A stretch of 64,000 nucleotides of DNA from an uncultured delta proteobacterium (GTDB lineage: Bacteria; Desulfobacterota; Binatia; UBA9968): assembly GCA_963771465.1 (NCBI GenBank), contig CAVYTU010000015.1:64001-128000 (forward strand). The letters are read 5' to 3'. Every line of letters begins with the position of its first letter. Position 1 is the stretch's first letter. The translations under genes and the position numbers were made by a program. Positions 19,416-28,981 of the stretch are shown piece after piece. Under the pieces are notes generated by a model. That model saw nothing but the letters and a program-made list of their open reading frames with translations. It made no database searches and was not told the DNA's origin.

Positions 19416-19721
19416 ATGCCGCGTTGGACAGATATTGAGAAGTTTTCGTGGGCGCCGCGAATTTGCGCGGTCATGACGTTCGTGGCGATCATCAACCTAA
19501 CGGCTTTCGCCGTGTCAGCTCAAACTCAGTCGGTGCAAAGCTATCGAGAACTGTTCGAGCGCAGTGAAAAAGAAAAGAAAGGATTGGTTTTTTACGTAAA
19601 GGGTCAGACGATCTCCGGCATCGTCGTCAAGATCAGCACCGACGCGGTGGAAATTCGCAATCAAACCTACAGCCGGATTATCATTCGCCTCGATAGTGTC
19701 GATGCGGTAGCAATGAACTGA
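19416..19721 (+). CDS. Small exported hypothetical protein (possible Sm-like beta fold)
   Basis: RBS AAGGAG, hydrophobic leader with AxA site, beta-rich GLVFYVKGQTISGIV..IRLDSVDAV. Confidence 0.65.
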   Translation: MPRWTDIEKFSWAPRICAVMTFVAIINLTAFAVSAQTQSVQSYRELFERSEKEKKGLVFYVKGQTISGIVVKISTDAVEIRNQTYSRIIIRLDSVDAVAMN

Positions 19722-19762
19722 AGATTTGTGCAATAATAATTTTCACGCCGAGGAGGAGAGAA

Positions 19763-20035
19763 ATGCCGCTATCCTATGAAGATTTAGTCGAACCGACGAT
19801 TGTCAGGCAAGAATCAAAGAGCGTCGCCTACTGCCGCTGCACGCGCAGCAAGAACCTGCCGTTCTGTGACGGCTCCCATGCCGCGACGAGCATCCAGCCG
19901 GCGGTGTTGGAGTTCGCGCAACCCGAAACCATCGCTATCTGCCGTTGCTGGAAATCGAAAGATCATCCCTATTGCGACGGCACCCACGGCCGTCTCGTGA
20001 AACCCAAAGAGCGCCCGCCGAGAGCGCACGGTTGA
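19763..20035 (+). CDS. CDGSH iron-sulfur protein with two motifs (MiNT/CISD3-like)
   Basis: CRCTRSKNLPFCDGSH and CRCWKSKDHPYCDGTH. Confidence 0.92.
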   Translation: MPLSYEDLVEPTIVRQESKSVAYCRCTRSKNLPFCDGSHAATSIQPAVLEFAQPETIAICRCWKSKDHPYCDGTHGRLVKPKERPPRAHG

Positions 20036-20095
20036 CGTCCGATATGAACCGCTGGAACGTTTTGAACTGACTTAGAATTAACAAGGAGGAATCCC

Positions 20096-20482
20096 ATGGT
20101 CGAGATGAAAAATCCGATAAAGGAAGCCGATGCACATCCGGAGATCGGCCACTTAAGCCTGTGGCGCACCGATCTCGCGTATTTCTGGGTGATCAACTGC
20201 GAGCCCAATCTCCAGGACGACATGCACTACCATGAAAACGACGATCATATTTTCATGTGTCTCGAAGGCGAGTGCACCGTGCGCACGCCGCATAAAGCAT
20301 TTGTGCTAAAACAGCACGATACCGTCCTGCTCAAGTCCGGCGAGTCTTATCAGCTCTGCAATACCGGCAAGGGCAGAATGCTGCTGCTTGGCGCGGGCAA
20401 CACCGGCGTGAACGGCAACCCGCGCACCCGCGTGCCCAAGATCCCGAGCCACACGCAGCTCAAAGAAGCTGTCGTTGCGTAA
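20096..20482 (+). CDS. Cupin domain protein
   Basis: MHYHENDDHIFMCLEGE motif; RBS AAGGAG. Confidence 0.8.
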   Translation: MVEMKNPIKEADAHPEIGHLSLWRTDLAYFWVINCEPNLQDDMHYHENDDHIFMCLEGECTVRTPHKAFVLKQHDTVLLKSGESYQLCNTGKGRMLLLGAGNTGVNGNPRTRVPKIPSHTQLKEAVVA

Positions 20483-20522
20483 TCGCGTTACACCTCAACA
20501 ATCGATCGCTGACATCTAGTCC

Positions 20523-20562
20523 AAAAAAAACCGGCAGCGCAGAACAAACTGCGCTGCCGGTT
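20523..20562 (-). terminator. Rho-independent terminator, possibly bidirectional
   Basis: A-tract plus stem aaccggcagcgcag-aacaaa-ctgcgctgccggtt between convergent genes. Confidence 0.85.
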
Positions 20563-20585
20563 GGAATTGCATACTCGTATTGAAA

Positions 20586-21566
20586 TTAGGCCTGCTGCAC
20601 CGCCGTCAATTTCCACGCGTTCGGTCCGACCGGACGGGTGAATGTCCAAAACTCTTCGAACTGCACCGGCTGTGAATCATTGCCACTAACGACGCTGCCG
20701 TTGTCATCAACAGTGTAATCGAGCAGATTGGCGAAGAGTCGTACGGTAATAAAATCTTCGCCGTTTTCGGTCCACGCTTCGGTGATCTCGCTCTCGCGCA
20801 GCGCGATATTGTCCATGCGGTTTTTATGGCCGCGCAGCTTGAGTTGAGCCAACTCCTCTTCCCAGCTCTTCAACAATTCCGCGCCGCACAGCGCGCGCAA
20901 TGCACCGATATCCTGCTTGTTCCAGGCGCCCTGGACTTTAAAGAAAATATCCTGCGAGGTTTTTAAAAACAGATTGGGATCGAAAGTGCGATCCATCATC
21001 GTCAGCGAGCGGTAGTCGATACCGTTGAACGGTAACGGCTCCTGAACCGGTGGAGTATTGGAATAACTCGACCCGGTCGGCACCTGAGACTGCGCGTCTT
21101 GATACTGCATCGAGCCGTAACCCGGCGCCGCCGCGGCCTGAGACGATTTGTATTTACGATAAATGAAATACGCCAAGCCCCCGAAGAGCAGAATTTCCAT
21201 CATGCCAAAGCCGCTGCCACCTAAGCCACCCCCCAAACCGCCCATACCGGTCGCGTTGGCCAGGCCGGAAAAAAGCATTGAACCGAGGAATCCGCCCAGG
21301 ATTGCGGTGCCAATACCGCGCATGAATCCGCCCGATTGCATCATCGGCGATGGCTGTTGCACCTGCTGCGGCGTCGCGGCGCGCTGCGGCTGGGACGGCT
21401 GCGCCGGCTTGCTCGGCGCTTGATAACTTCGCGAACCGCGAAAACCGCCAGCTCGGCCGCCGCCGGCGCGGGCATCCGCCAAAGTTTCTAGAACAATTTG
21501 CGATAGTCCGATAATCGCGAAAAGGCCGACGGCCATTAGCGATAGTCTCGAATTTCTACTGAACAT
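20586..21566 (-). CDS. Tim44 domain-containing protein
   Basis: ADARAGGG..G.RGSR leader, Gly-rich TM region, F..VQGAW and FEEFWTFTR..W.L.AVQQ motifs. Confidence 0.9.
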   Translation of the reverse strand: MFSRNSRLSLMAVGLFAIIGLSQIVLETLADARAGGGRAGGFRGSRSYQAPSKPAQPSQPQRAATPQQVQQPSPMMQSGGFMRGIGTAILGGFLGSMLFSGLANATGMGGLGGGLGGSGFGMMEILLFGGLAYFIYRKYKSSQAAAAPGYGSMQYQDAQSQVPTGSSYSNTPPVQEPLPFNGIDYRSLTMMDRTFDPNLFLKTSQDIFFKVQGAWNKQDIGALRALCGAELLKSWEEELAQLKLRGHKNRMDNIALRESEITEAWTENGEDFITVRLFANLLDYTVDDNGSVVSGNDSQPVQFEEFWTFTRPVGPNAWKLTAVQQA

Positions 21567-21750
21567 ATAAGCTTGCCTCCTAAATAAGGGGTTAACGGTT
21601 GGGTGAATGGTCGAAGTCTAGCCATCGCAGCGCGTTGAGTCAATGCCATATTTTTTAAATGTTCGCCCCGCCAATAGGTGAACCATATCGCCGTCAAACC
21701 AGCCGCCAATCGTTGCCTTTCACGCGCCGGTGTGGCACTTGAGCACAACC

Positions 21751-22992
21751 ATGGCGGATTCCAAGTGGTATCAAGACCTCACCCCGTATCAGTGGCGGGT
21801 GCTCCTGTGCGCTTGCCTGGGTTGGGCGTTGGACATCATGGATGGCTATCTCTACGCCATTATCTTGTTCCCAGCCATGAGCGACCTTCTCGGCACCACC
21901 GAGAGCGCGGTCATCGGCTGGTACGGCGGCATCGTGCTGAGCATTTTCATGATCGGCTGGGCACTCGGCGGCCTCATCTTCGGGCCCATCGCGGATCGAT
22001 ACGGGCGCGCCAAGACCATGGCGATCACGATTCTAATCTACGCAACATTTACCGGTCTGTGTGGTGTGGCCAACAGCTGGTGGGAGCTGGCCATATTCCG
22101 GTTCTTAACCGGCTTAGGTATCGGCGGAGAGTGGGCCGCCGGCGCGGCGCTGATCGCCGAAAGTTGGCCGGCGCAGTCCCGCGCCAAAGCTGCCGGCATC
22201 ATGCAAGCATCGGGCGGCATCGGCTTTTTTCTCGCCTCAATGCTTTATCTTTTTATCGGTCCCTACGGTTGGCGCTGGGTCTTTGCGCTCGGCGTGCTGC
22301 CCGCCGTAGCGGCCTTCTACATTCGCAGATCGTTAGAAGAGCCAGAGCGTTGGGTCAGAGCGAAAAGTGCGAAGAATCCTTACTCCGGGCTCTTCGCCGG
22401 TTCCTTGCGCCATGACGTTGTGGTTTGCACGGCCATGGCGGTGATTGCCACCTTTGGATATCAAGGCGCGATTCAGTGGGTACCGAGCTGGATCAGCGCC
22501 ATGCTTCAAGCCCAAGGGCCGCGCGCCGTGATCCCGCAAGTTAGTCTCATCACCAGCGTGCTCAACTTCGGCGGTATGTTCGGCTGCTTGGCGCTGCCCT
22601 TTATTGCTGATCGTTACGGGCGCAAACGCGCGCTGTTCTACTATTTCTTGGGCGCGTCCTTGTCGGTCCCGACGACATTTTTCCTGGCGCAAGGATTTAC
22701 TCAGGCCGTGCTCGCCGCACCGATCATGGGATTTTTTGCCGGTGGGGTTTTTACCGGCTTCGCGATTTATTTCCCCGAACTGTTCCCCACCGCGATCCGC
22801 GCCACCGCCCAAGGATTTTGCTACAACTTCGCACGCTTTTTCTCCGCCGTGGCGCCCTTCGCCACCGGCGCCATCGTCTCGGCCTACCGCTCCTTCGCAC
22901 CGGCCATCGCAATGGTCGGCTTGGTTTACCTGCTCGGTCTAGTCGTTCTCGTTTACGCGCGCGAAACTAAAGGCCACGCACTGCCGGAATAG
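21751..22992 (+). CDS. MFS transporter (aromatic acid/sialate-like)
   Basis: GWALDIMD, GPIADRYGR, RFLTGLGIGGEW and PELFPT.IRAT motifs; about 12 TMs. Confidence 0.92.
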   Translation: MADSKWYQDLTPYQWRVLLCACLGWALDIMDGYLYAIILFPAMSDLLGTTESAVIGWYGGIVLSIFMIGWALGGLIFGPIADRYGRAKTMAITILIYATFTGLCGVANSWWELAIFRFLTGLGIGGEWAAGAALIAESWPAQSRAKAAGIMQASGGIGFFLASMLYLFIGPYGWRWVFALGVLPAVAAFYIRRSLEEPERWVRAKSAKNPYSGLFAGSLRHDVVVCTAMAVIATFGYQGAIQWVPSWISAMLQAQGPRAVIPQVSLITSVLNFGGMFGCLALPFIADRYGRKRALFYYFLGASLSVPTTFFLAQGFTQAVLAAPIMGFFAGGVFTGFAIYFPELFPTAIRATAQGFCYNFARFFSAVAPFATGAIVSAYRSFAPAIAMVGLVYLLGLVVLVYARETKGHALPE

Positions 22993-23033
22993 GGAGGGAC
23001 TGCGGATAATCCTCCGCATCCGAATCTTCTTCC

Positions 23034-24164
23034 CTACTTCGCGCCGACCGCCTGCGCTTTCGGGAAGCCGTAGGCTTCGAAAACCTTCTTCTGCAGCTCT
23101 TCGAGCTGCGGCGCGTGCTCCCAACCGACGAGCGTGACTTTTCTTCCCTGGGTCAACTGATGCGGCGTCGTGCCGGGGAAGAACACCGAACCTTTGTCGT
23201 CGCGATTGATGATGTTCTGGGTTTCCGCGCTGGCAAGGAACTCCAACCAGAGTAATCCGGCGTAGGGCGAGCTGGCTTTTCCTAAAACGGCCTCATGATC
23301 GGCGATCCGAATCGGTACCGGCTCGACAACTTTAAAAGCCAACGACCCGCTGCGATCTTTGGCCATGGCCCGCTTCGTGCTGTTCAGGTTGGCACCCAAT
23401 AACATCGCATATTCGCCGGCAACGATGGCCGCCAGCGTGCGCGAGTGGCCGCGGATCCAGATCGGTTCCTGCGCCGCGATCGCTTTGGCAAATTGCAGCG
23501 TCTTTTCCAAACCCCAAGCAGGAATCAGATTGGCGACTTCCTGCGGGCGGATGTCGACTAAAAATTTTCTTCCCTTGAACTCGGGTCTCAAGAAGTCGTC
23601 CCAAACGCCGGGCACCTTGTTCTCGGCAATCAATTTTTTGTTGTAGGCCACCACTTGCGTATTGGTGCTGTAGGAAACGATGTTGCGATTGACCGGATCG
23701 ATCATTCCCAGCGCCATTTGCAGCACGCCCTGCTGCGCCATGCCTAAAACATCGAACTTCTTTTGGTAGGGAAAATAGTCGTCATAATAATCGGTGGTGA
23801 GATAATTAACGTCCCAGCCGCTCGCCGTGCCGGATTTCATCTCCAAGAGCATGCGTTGATAGGTGTCGGTGCCGGCGATTTCCTCCGCCCGCAGCTCGAT
23901 GAATGGATATTTTTTCCTGAAGGCATCGGACACCGGCTTGAGGCTTTCCATTTCGAGCGAAGTCACAACTCTCAGCTTGCCCTCTTTCCTCGCTTTGGCG
24001 ACGATCTCGTCGTGGCTGGTTTCGAAGATAAAGCCTTTCGCTTCGGCGTCTTGCTTTGCCTTTTGCAGCGCGGCCGGCGCAGCAGCGGCATTAAGCGCGA
24101 CTGGTATTCCGGAGAGTAGCAGAAAGGTCACGAGCAGCGTTTTGGTTACATTCTGAAACCCCAT
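23034..24164 (-). CDS. Extracellular solute-binding protein (AfuA/FbpA-like)
   Basis: Signal peptide, AKARKEGKL and AYNKKLI...P..WDDFL.P.FKG motifs; ATG 24164 follows AGGAGG. Confidence 0.88.
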   Translation of the reverse strand: MGFQNVTKTLLVTFLLLSGIPVALNAAAAPAALQKAKQDAEAKGFIFETSHDEIVAKARKEGKLRVVTSLEMESLKPVSDAFRKKYPFIELRAEEIAGTDTYQRMLLEMKSGTASGWDVNYLTTDYYDDYFPYQKKFDVLGMAQQGVLQMALGMIDPVNRNIVSYSTNTQVVAYNKKLIAENKVPGVWDDFLRPEFKGRKFLVDIRPQEVANLIPAWGLEKTLQFAKAIAAQEPIWIRGHSRTLAAIVAGEYAMLLGANLNSTKRAMAKDRSGSLAFKVVEPVPIRIADHEAVLGKASSPYAGLLWLEFLASAETQNIINRDDKGSVFFPGTTPHQLTQGRKVTLVGWEHAPQLEELQKKVFEAYGFPKAQAVGAK

Positions 24165-24205
24165 GGTAAACCTCCTGTGTTTGGCGTCAGACTGAGCAAA
24201 ATCAA

Positions 24206-25570
24206 TCACAGCGCCAATTGCGCCGCAAGCCCAGCCAAGTCGGTTAAGTTTTCCAGACTGCGTGCTGACTCGACAATCGCTTTGGAGCGCGCATCACCCA
24301 ATACCGGCACGCTGAGCAGGAGAAATTTTTCCTCCACCTCGGCGGCGGAGAGCGGATTGTACGGCGCGCCCGGCACGCGATCGATGAGGATTTTGAAATG
24401 GCCGCCGTCGATCATATTGATCTCGACGATCGCCGGGCGCACGGCGGGAAAAATTTTCGTCAGTTCAGCGTCGGCGACGATCTCGACGCATTTTTTCCTT
24501 TCCAACACTGCCGGGTCATGCATGCGTGCGAAGTCATGGGAGTTTTGAAAATCGATTTTGCCGTCGATCATCGCCGCCGCCAGCATGTACTGGCAATTGA
24601 CGTCGGGCATGTGGCGGTCGTTGATCGTGCGCGCCTGGGTCTCGGGCAGCCGCACGGTGATCTTGCGGATTTGCCGGCCGTCGAGACGATTCTCCCGCAC
24701 CAACCGGAAGTAACCTTCCAGCGTCGCCTGCATCGGCTGCCCAGCGGGATATTTCTTGATGCTGGTGTCGAGCAATTCGTAGCGCGAACCCAACTCTTTG
24801 ATCGTCTCTTCGGGATGCGCGTTGTCGGAGAACGCTTTGAAAAAATTCTCCTCGCCTTCGAACACCGTCGCCGTGCCGGTGAAACCCGCCTCGGCCATCA
24901 GCGCCGCGCTGACGCCGTTGCGCGCCGAGGCGCCGGAAAAACAGAGTGCTTTGTCGATGTGTTCGGGATCTTGACGCCAGGTGTTGATGCCGCTCGCCTG
25001 TGTGCCGGCGAGCGCGAGCGCATGACGCGCTTGCTGCGAATTCAAACCTAACAAGCGGCTCGCCGCGGCGGCGACGCCAAAAACCGCGCACAGCGATCCG
25101 GCATGCAGACCGCGCTGGCCCATCCAGTTACGGTCGAAGGCTTTGTTGATCCGGCACATCACGTCGTAGCCCAGAACATAAGCGTTGATCAGCTCGCGGC
25201 CCGAACGTCGGCGCAGTTCCGCCGCGGCCAAAGCCGCCGGTAAAATCACCGAACCGGGATGAGTCACCGTCGGGAAATGCGCGTCATCGGTTTCGTCGGC
25301 ATGAGCCGTCATCGCATTGGCCAACGCCGCAAGAATCGCGCTCGTGCGCAAGTTAGTGGCGACGACGGTCGCTTGCGCCGGCCCGCCTTGCCCGCGCACG
25401 AATTCAATCGCCACTGTCCCCGGTTTCAACGTCGAACCGGAAATCATCGCGCCGAGAGTATCGAGAAGGTGAATCTTCGCGCGCTCGACGACCGCTTGCG
25501 GCAACTGCGCCGCACGATCGCTAACGATGTAGTTGCTAAGCGTTTCGGTAATATTAAGCTTCTCTGCCAT
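24206..25570 (-). CDS. MmgE/PrpD family protein
   Basis: LLDTLG, AHADETDD, HPGS, ARNG..AA..A..GFTG and KKYP motifs. Confidence 0.9.
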   Translation of the reverse strand: MAEKLNITETLSNYIVSDRAAQLPQAVVERAKIHLLDTLGAMISGSTLKPGTVAIEFVRGQGGPAQATVVATNLRTSAILAALANAMTAHADETDDAHFPTVTHPGSVILPAALAAAELRRRSGRELINAYVLGYDVMCRINKAFDRNWMGQRGLHAGSLCAVFGVAAAASRLLGLNSQQARHALALAGTQASGINTWRQDPEHIDKALCFSGASARNGVSAALMAEAGFTGTATVFEGEENFFKAFSDNAHPEETIKELGSRYELLDTSIKKYPAGQPMQATLEGYFRLVRENRLDGRQIRKITVRLPETQARTINDRHMPDVNCQYMLAAAMIDGKIDFQNSHDFARMHDPAVLERKKCVEIVADAELTKIFPAVRPAIVEINMIDGGHFKILIDRVPGAPYNPLSAAEVEEKFLLLSVPVLGDARSKAIVESARSLENLTDLAGLAAQLAL

Positions 25571-25593
25571 TACGAGTCCTCTCTAATTCCAGA

Positions 25594-25650
25594 GTTCCAA
25601 ATGTTCAAGTCGTTCAACCGCTGCGCTCCGTTCAATCGGTTTGAACGGTT
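25594..25650. repeat. 9-bp period GTTCAA repeat with inverted arm
   Basis: gttccaaat gttcaagtc gttcaaccg ctgcgctcc gttcaatcg gtttgaacgg. Confidence 0.7.
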
Positions 25651-25658
25651 ACGACAAG

Positions 25659-26996
25659 CTATAGCCTTATCAAGTCCGTCAAGGCATTCACATCGGCAAC
25701 ATCTTCGAGTTTGTCCACAGTGGCGATGATCTTTTCAATATTCGGTTCCTTCAGCACACGCGCCGCGTTGTCGCGGAATTTCCCGACCCACTCTTCGCGC
25801 GGCAAAGGGTAGCGCCAGTGGCTGCGCGGCAGCGGCTCCGATGCGTTCACTTCCCTGCCGTCGTTGAGTTTGATCACGACCGTTTCGTAGACCAGATCGG
25901 AGTTGATCGGGATTGCCGCGTCGACCCGCAGACTCATTTTTTTCAGGAGCTGCTGTACGTCATCGGCCAGTGCACGTGAATCGTGAAAGCTCTCGATGGT
26001 CAATTTTTGATCCAAGATCGCCATGGCGACGTGATATTGGTAAGAAAATTTTCCTTCCAACCCGGTGTGCACGGTGGGTCGATTGAAATGACCGCGACGC
26101 GGCACAATAAGTTCGATGGCGTTGATCTGTTCAGGCCGAATGCTGTGCTGCTTGACCAGCTTCAACGCTGCTTCAAAAGGGTGATGCAGATGATAGCCGC
26201 TCGGGTACATTTTGACGCCGATGCCCGGCGTCGCCAGGTGAAAAGGTTTGCCCAGCGTAGCGGTCAACTGCCAATTTTCATTTGACCCGGTGCCATAGAA
26301 GGCCTCAAAAAACGCGCCGTCGAGCACGTTTGGATTCGCGGTAAAGCCGTCGGCGGCGAGCATTGCAGCGACCACACCATTGCGCGCGCCATGACCGGAA
26401 TGAAACGGCTTGGTCATCGTGCCGCTGTGCGAACCGATACCGCTTGCTTCGGACGAAGCAATGCCAAAAGCAAGCTGCACACGGCGCGCGTCTAGGTTTA
26501 AAAGTTTTGCGACCGCAGCGGCGGCGCCAAAAGTGCCGAACACCGGCGTCGGATGCCAGCCCGCGCGCTTATCGGCGCAGACATGAAGCTTGCCGGTGAT
26601 CTCATAGGCCGCCACCTGCGCGGCCAACAGCTGCCGTCCCGATGCGCGGGTCGATTCCGCAACGGCGAGCGTCGCTGGAAATGTCACGCCGGTGGGATGC
26701 GCACCCGGCAGCCACATGTCATCGTAATCGGTGGCGTGACAGAAGATACCGTTGGCAAACGCCGCCTGCGGCGCCGAAGTGCGCAGCTTCGTGCCCCACA
26801 CCGTGCAGTCGGGCGTACCGCCCGTGCGCTCGACGAACTTGAGCGCGATCTTGCCGACCTCCTGCGTACTGCCCGCAAGGGCGACGCCGATGACGTCGAG
26901 AATCTGCCGTTTAGCGCGCTCGATCACCTCGCGCGGAATATCTTCGAACTTGAGCTCACTGACAAAGCGAGCGACATACTCGGTCGTGCGTTCCAT
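25659..26996 (-). CDS. MmgE/PrpD family protein (iminodisuccinate epimerase/aconitate decarboxylase-like)
   Basis: ILDVIG, HATDYDD, HPTG, GWHPT, GTMTKPFHSG and EGKFS motifs. Confidence 0.9.
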   Translation of the reverse strand: MERTTEYVARFVSELKFEDIPREVIERAKRQILDVIGVALAGSTQEVGKIALKFVERTGGTPDCTVWGTKLRTSAPQAAFANGIFCHATDYDDMWLPGAHPTGVTFPATLAVAESTRASGRQLLAAQVAAYEITGKLHVCADKRAGWHPTPVFGTFGAAAAVAKLLNLDARRVQLAFGIASSEASGIGSHSGTMTKPFHSGHGARNGVVAAMLAADGFTANPNVLDGAFFEAFYGTGSNENWQLTATLGKPFHLATPGIGVKMYPSGYHLHHPFEAALKLVKQHSIRPEQINAIELIVPRRGHFNRPTVHTGLEGKFSYQYHVAMAILDQKLTIESFHDSRALADDVQQLLKKMSLRVDAAIPINSDLVYETVVIKLNDGREVNASEPLPRSHWRYPLPREEWVGKFRDNAARVLKEPNIEKIIATVDKLEDVADVNALTDLIRL

Positions 26997-27089
26997 TGGA
27001 GACTCCCTTTTGATGACGAAAAAATTTTTATCCTTATCATCAGCCGACTATCACAAAGAAGGTAACTAATGCCAGCGGCGAAAACACCA

Positions 27090-28823
27090 TCACCCGCCCA
27101 TTCCGGGCAGTTGCGTACGCGCGAGCACTCTGCGGGCGACGAGACCGATGATCGCGGTCAAGATGATCAGCACCACACCGATCGCCGAAGCTTGCGGAAT
27201 AAAGCCGTCTTGCCAGTGGATCCACAACCAGACCGACAAAAGCTCATTATTTTTTCCCGCCAACACTAGCGGGGTGCCGAACGCTCTCGACGCATGGGCG
27301 ACGACCCAGACCCAGCCGGCAACTAAAGACGCGACCATCAGCCGCGCGGTGATCATCCACATGGTGCGCAGCCGGCTCGCACCCGAAACCAAAGCAGCTT
27401 CTTCCATCTCTTTGTGAATTTGTAGCAAGCCGGCGTTGGTTGTGCGCGTGGCGAAGGCCAAGTACTGCGTCATTAAACCGATGACGATGATCCAAACCGA
27501 TCCGTAAATCCCCAGGAAGCGAAAGGGTGGCTGAAGATAGACAAAAACCATGGCAAGTGCGACCACGACGCCGGGAATCGCGTAGGAGACAAAGGTGATG
27601 CCGTCGAGCAGAAAGCGCGCGCGGAACCGGGTGCGTACCGAGATCCAGGAAATCAGAAAGGCGACCACCATCGTCGCGCAACCAGCGGCCAGCGCGACGA
27701 CCAACGTATTGGTCAAATCTCGGAGAAAGCGCGGATTAGCCAGCAGCGTAAAATAGTTTTGCAGCGATATCGTTCTTACCGCTTCGAGGGAAGGCACGAC
27801 GTAGAATGGCAGAAGCGAAGCCCACACAAGAATTAACAGGGGCGCCAGAATCGTGAAAAAAAAGTACAGCGCAAACAGTCCTAGCGCGGCAAAGCGCCAG
27901 CGGCCGAGTCGGTAGCGAATGGGTTGGAAGCCCTTGCCGGTGATGACCGCAAAGCGCTCGCTCCGGCTGATCGTGCGGACATAGAACGCCGCCAACACCG
28001 CCATGATCGACATAAAAAAAACCGAATAAGCCGCGCTTAAGCCGTAATCGAAAGGCGCGTTATATCTCGAGGTAAAGTAGATCAGCGTGCTTAGCACGAA
28101 GATGCGCGCGGCCAGGCCGAGCACCAGCGGCCCTTCGAAAGAATCGAGGTGATCGACAAAGGAATAGATCCCCGCGGCGAACAGCGCCGGGCCCGCAAGC
28201 GGCAAAGTGACGCGGCGAAAAACCGTCCAAGGGCTGGCGCCGGACAGACGCCCGGCCTCTTCCAGTCGTGGGTCCATCATGCGGAAGCCACCGACGATCA
28301 TCAAGAAAATCGTGCTAATGCCGCGCAACCAGCCGAGAAAGATGATGCCCCACAACGACTGAATGTCGAATGGCCCACGTTCCAGCGTGTAACCAAAAAC
28401 ACCTAAGAGCCAACGTATCGCGATGTTGACCAGCCCAACTTCCGGCATCAACAACAACATCCAAGTTAGCGCGAAGATCACGCCGGGCATGGCGATCGGC
28501 AGCAGCATGACCACCCAGGCGGCGCCGCGAAACGGCATATCGCTGCGCTCGATGAGCCAGGCAAACAGCACCGCGGTGGCAAGGCCACCCGCCGTGGCGA
28601 TTACCGAGAACAGCGCGGTGTTGAAAAACGCGCCTAAGAAAAACGGATTATTGAATGCCGCGACATAATTTCTCAGCGTCCAGGTGCCGCCGAAAAACGA
28701 CGGCGGACCAATGCGAAAGCTGTTCAAGACCAACAGCGTCATTGGCAGCACCACCAGCCACAACACAAAGACCAAGGCGAGGACTAGGACCACGGTGGCG
28801 GGATTTAATTTTAGCTGTCGCAC
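27090..28823 (-). CDS. Fused double-domain ABC permease (FbpB/AfuB-like)
   Basis: Two EAA motifs (LEEAGRLSGAS, MEEAALVSGAS) and ITGKG linker. Confidence 0.92.
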   Translation of the reverse strand: MRQLKLNPATVVLVLALVFVLWLVVLPMTLLVLNSFRIGPPSFFGGTWTLRNYVAAFNNPFFLGAFFNTALFSVIATAGGLATAVLFAWLIERSDMPFRGAAWVVMLLPIAMPGVIFALTWMLLLMPEVGLVNIAIRWLLGVFGYTLERGPFDIQSLWGIIFLGWLRGISTIFLMIVGGFRMMDPRLEEAGRLSGASPWTVFRRVTLPLAGPALFAAGIYSFVDHLDSFEGPLVLGLAARIFVLSTLIYFTSRYNAPFDYGLSAAYSVFFMSIMAVLAAFYVRTISRSERFAVITGKGFQPIRYRLGRWRFAALGLFALYFFFTILAPLLILVWASLLPFYVVPSLEAVRTISLQNYFTLLANPRFLRDLTNTLVVALAAGCATMVVAFLISWISVRTRFRARFLLDGITFVSYAIPGVVVALAMVFVYLQPPFRFLGIYGSVWIIVIGLMTQYLAFATRTTNAGLLQIHKEMEEAALVSGASRLRTMWMITARLMVASLVAGWVWVVAHASRAFGTPLVLAGKNNELLSVWLWIHWQDGFIPQASAIGVVLIILTAIIGLVARRVLARTQLPGMGG

Positions 28824-28981
28824 GTTTGTGGTCTGAGAATGCTCGCCGCTTATGCTTTTATCTGGCGCAACGCTTATCCCGAGTCACGCGAATTCAAATT
28901 CGAGCTTGGTTTCAGCACACACCGAGTCCAGATTTATCGCGAGTGATCCGGACTCGGCGCTAGCGCAGAGACTGGAGAGCT

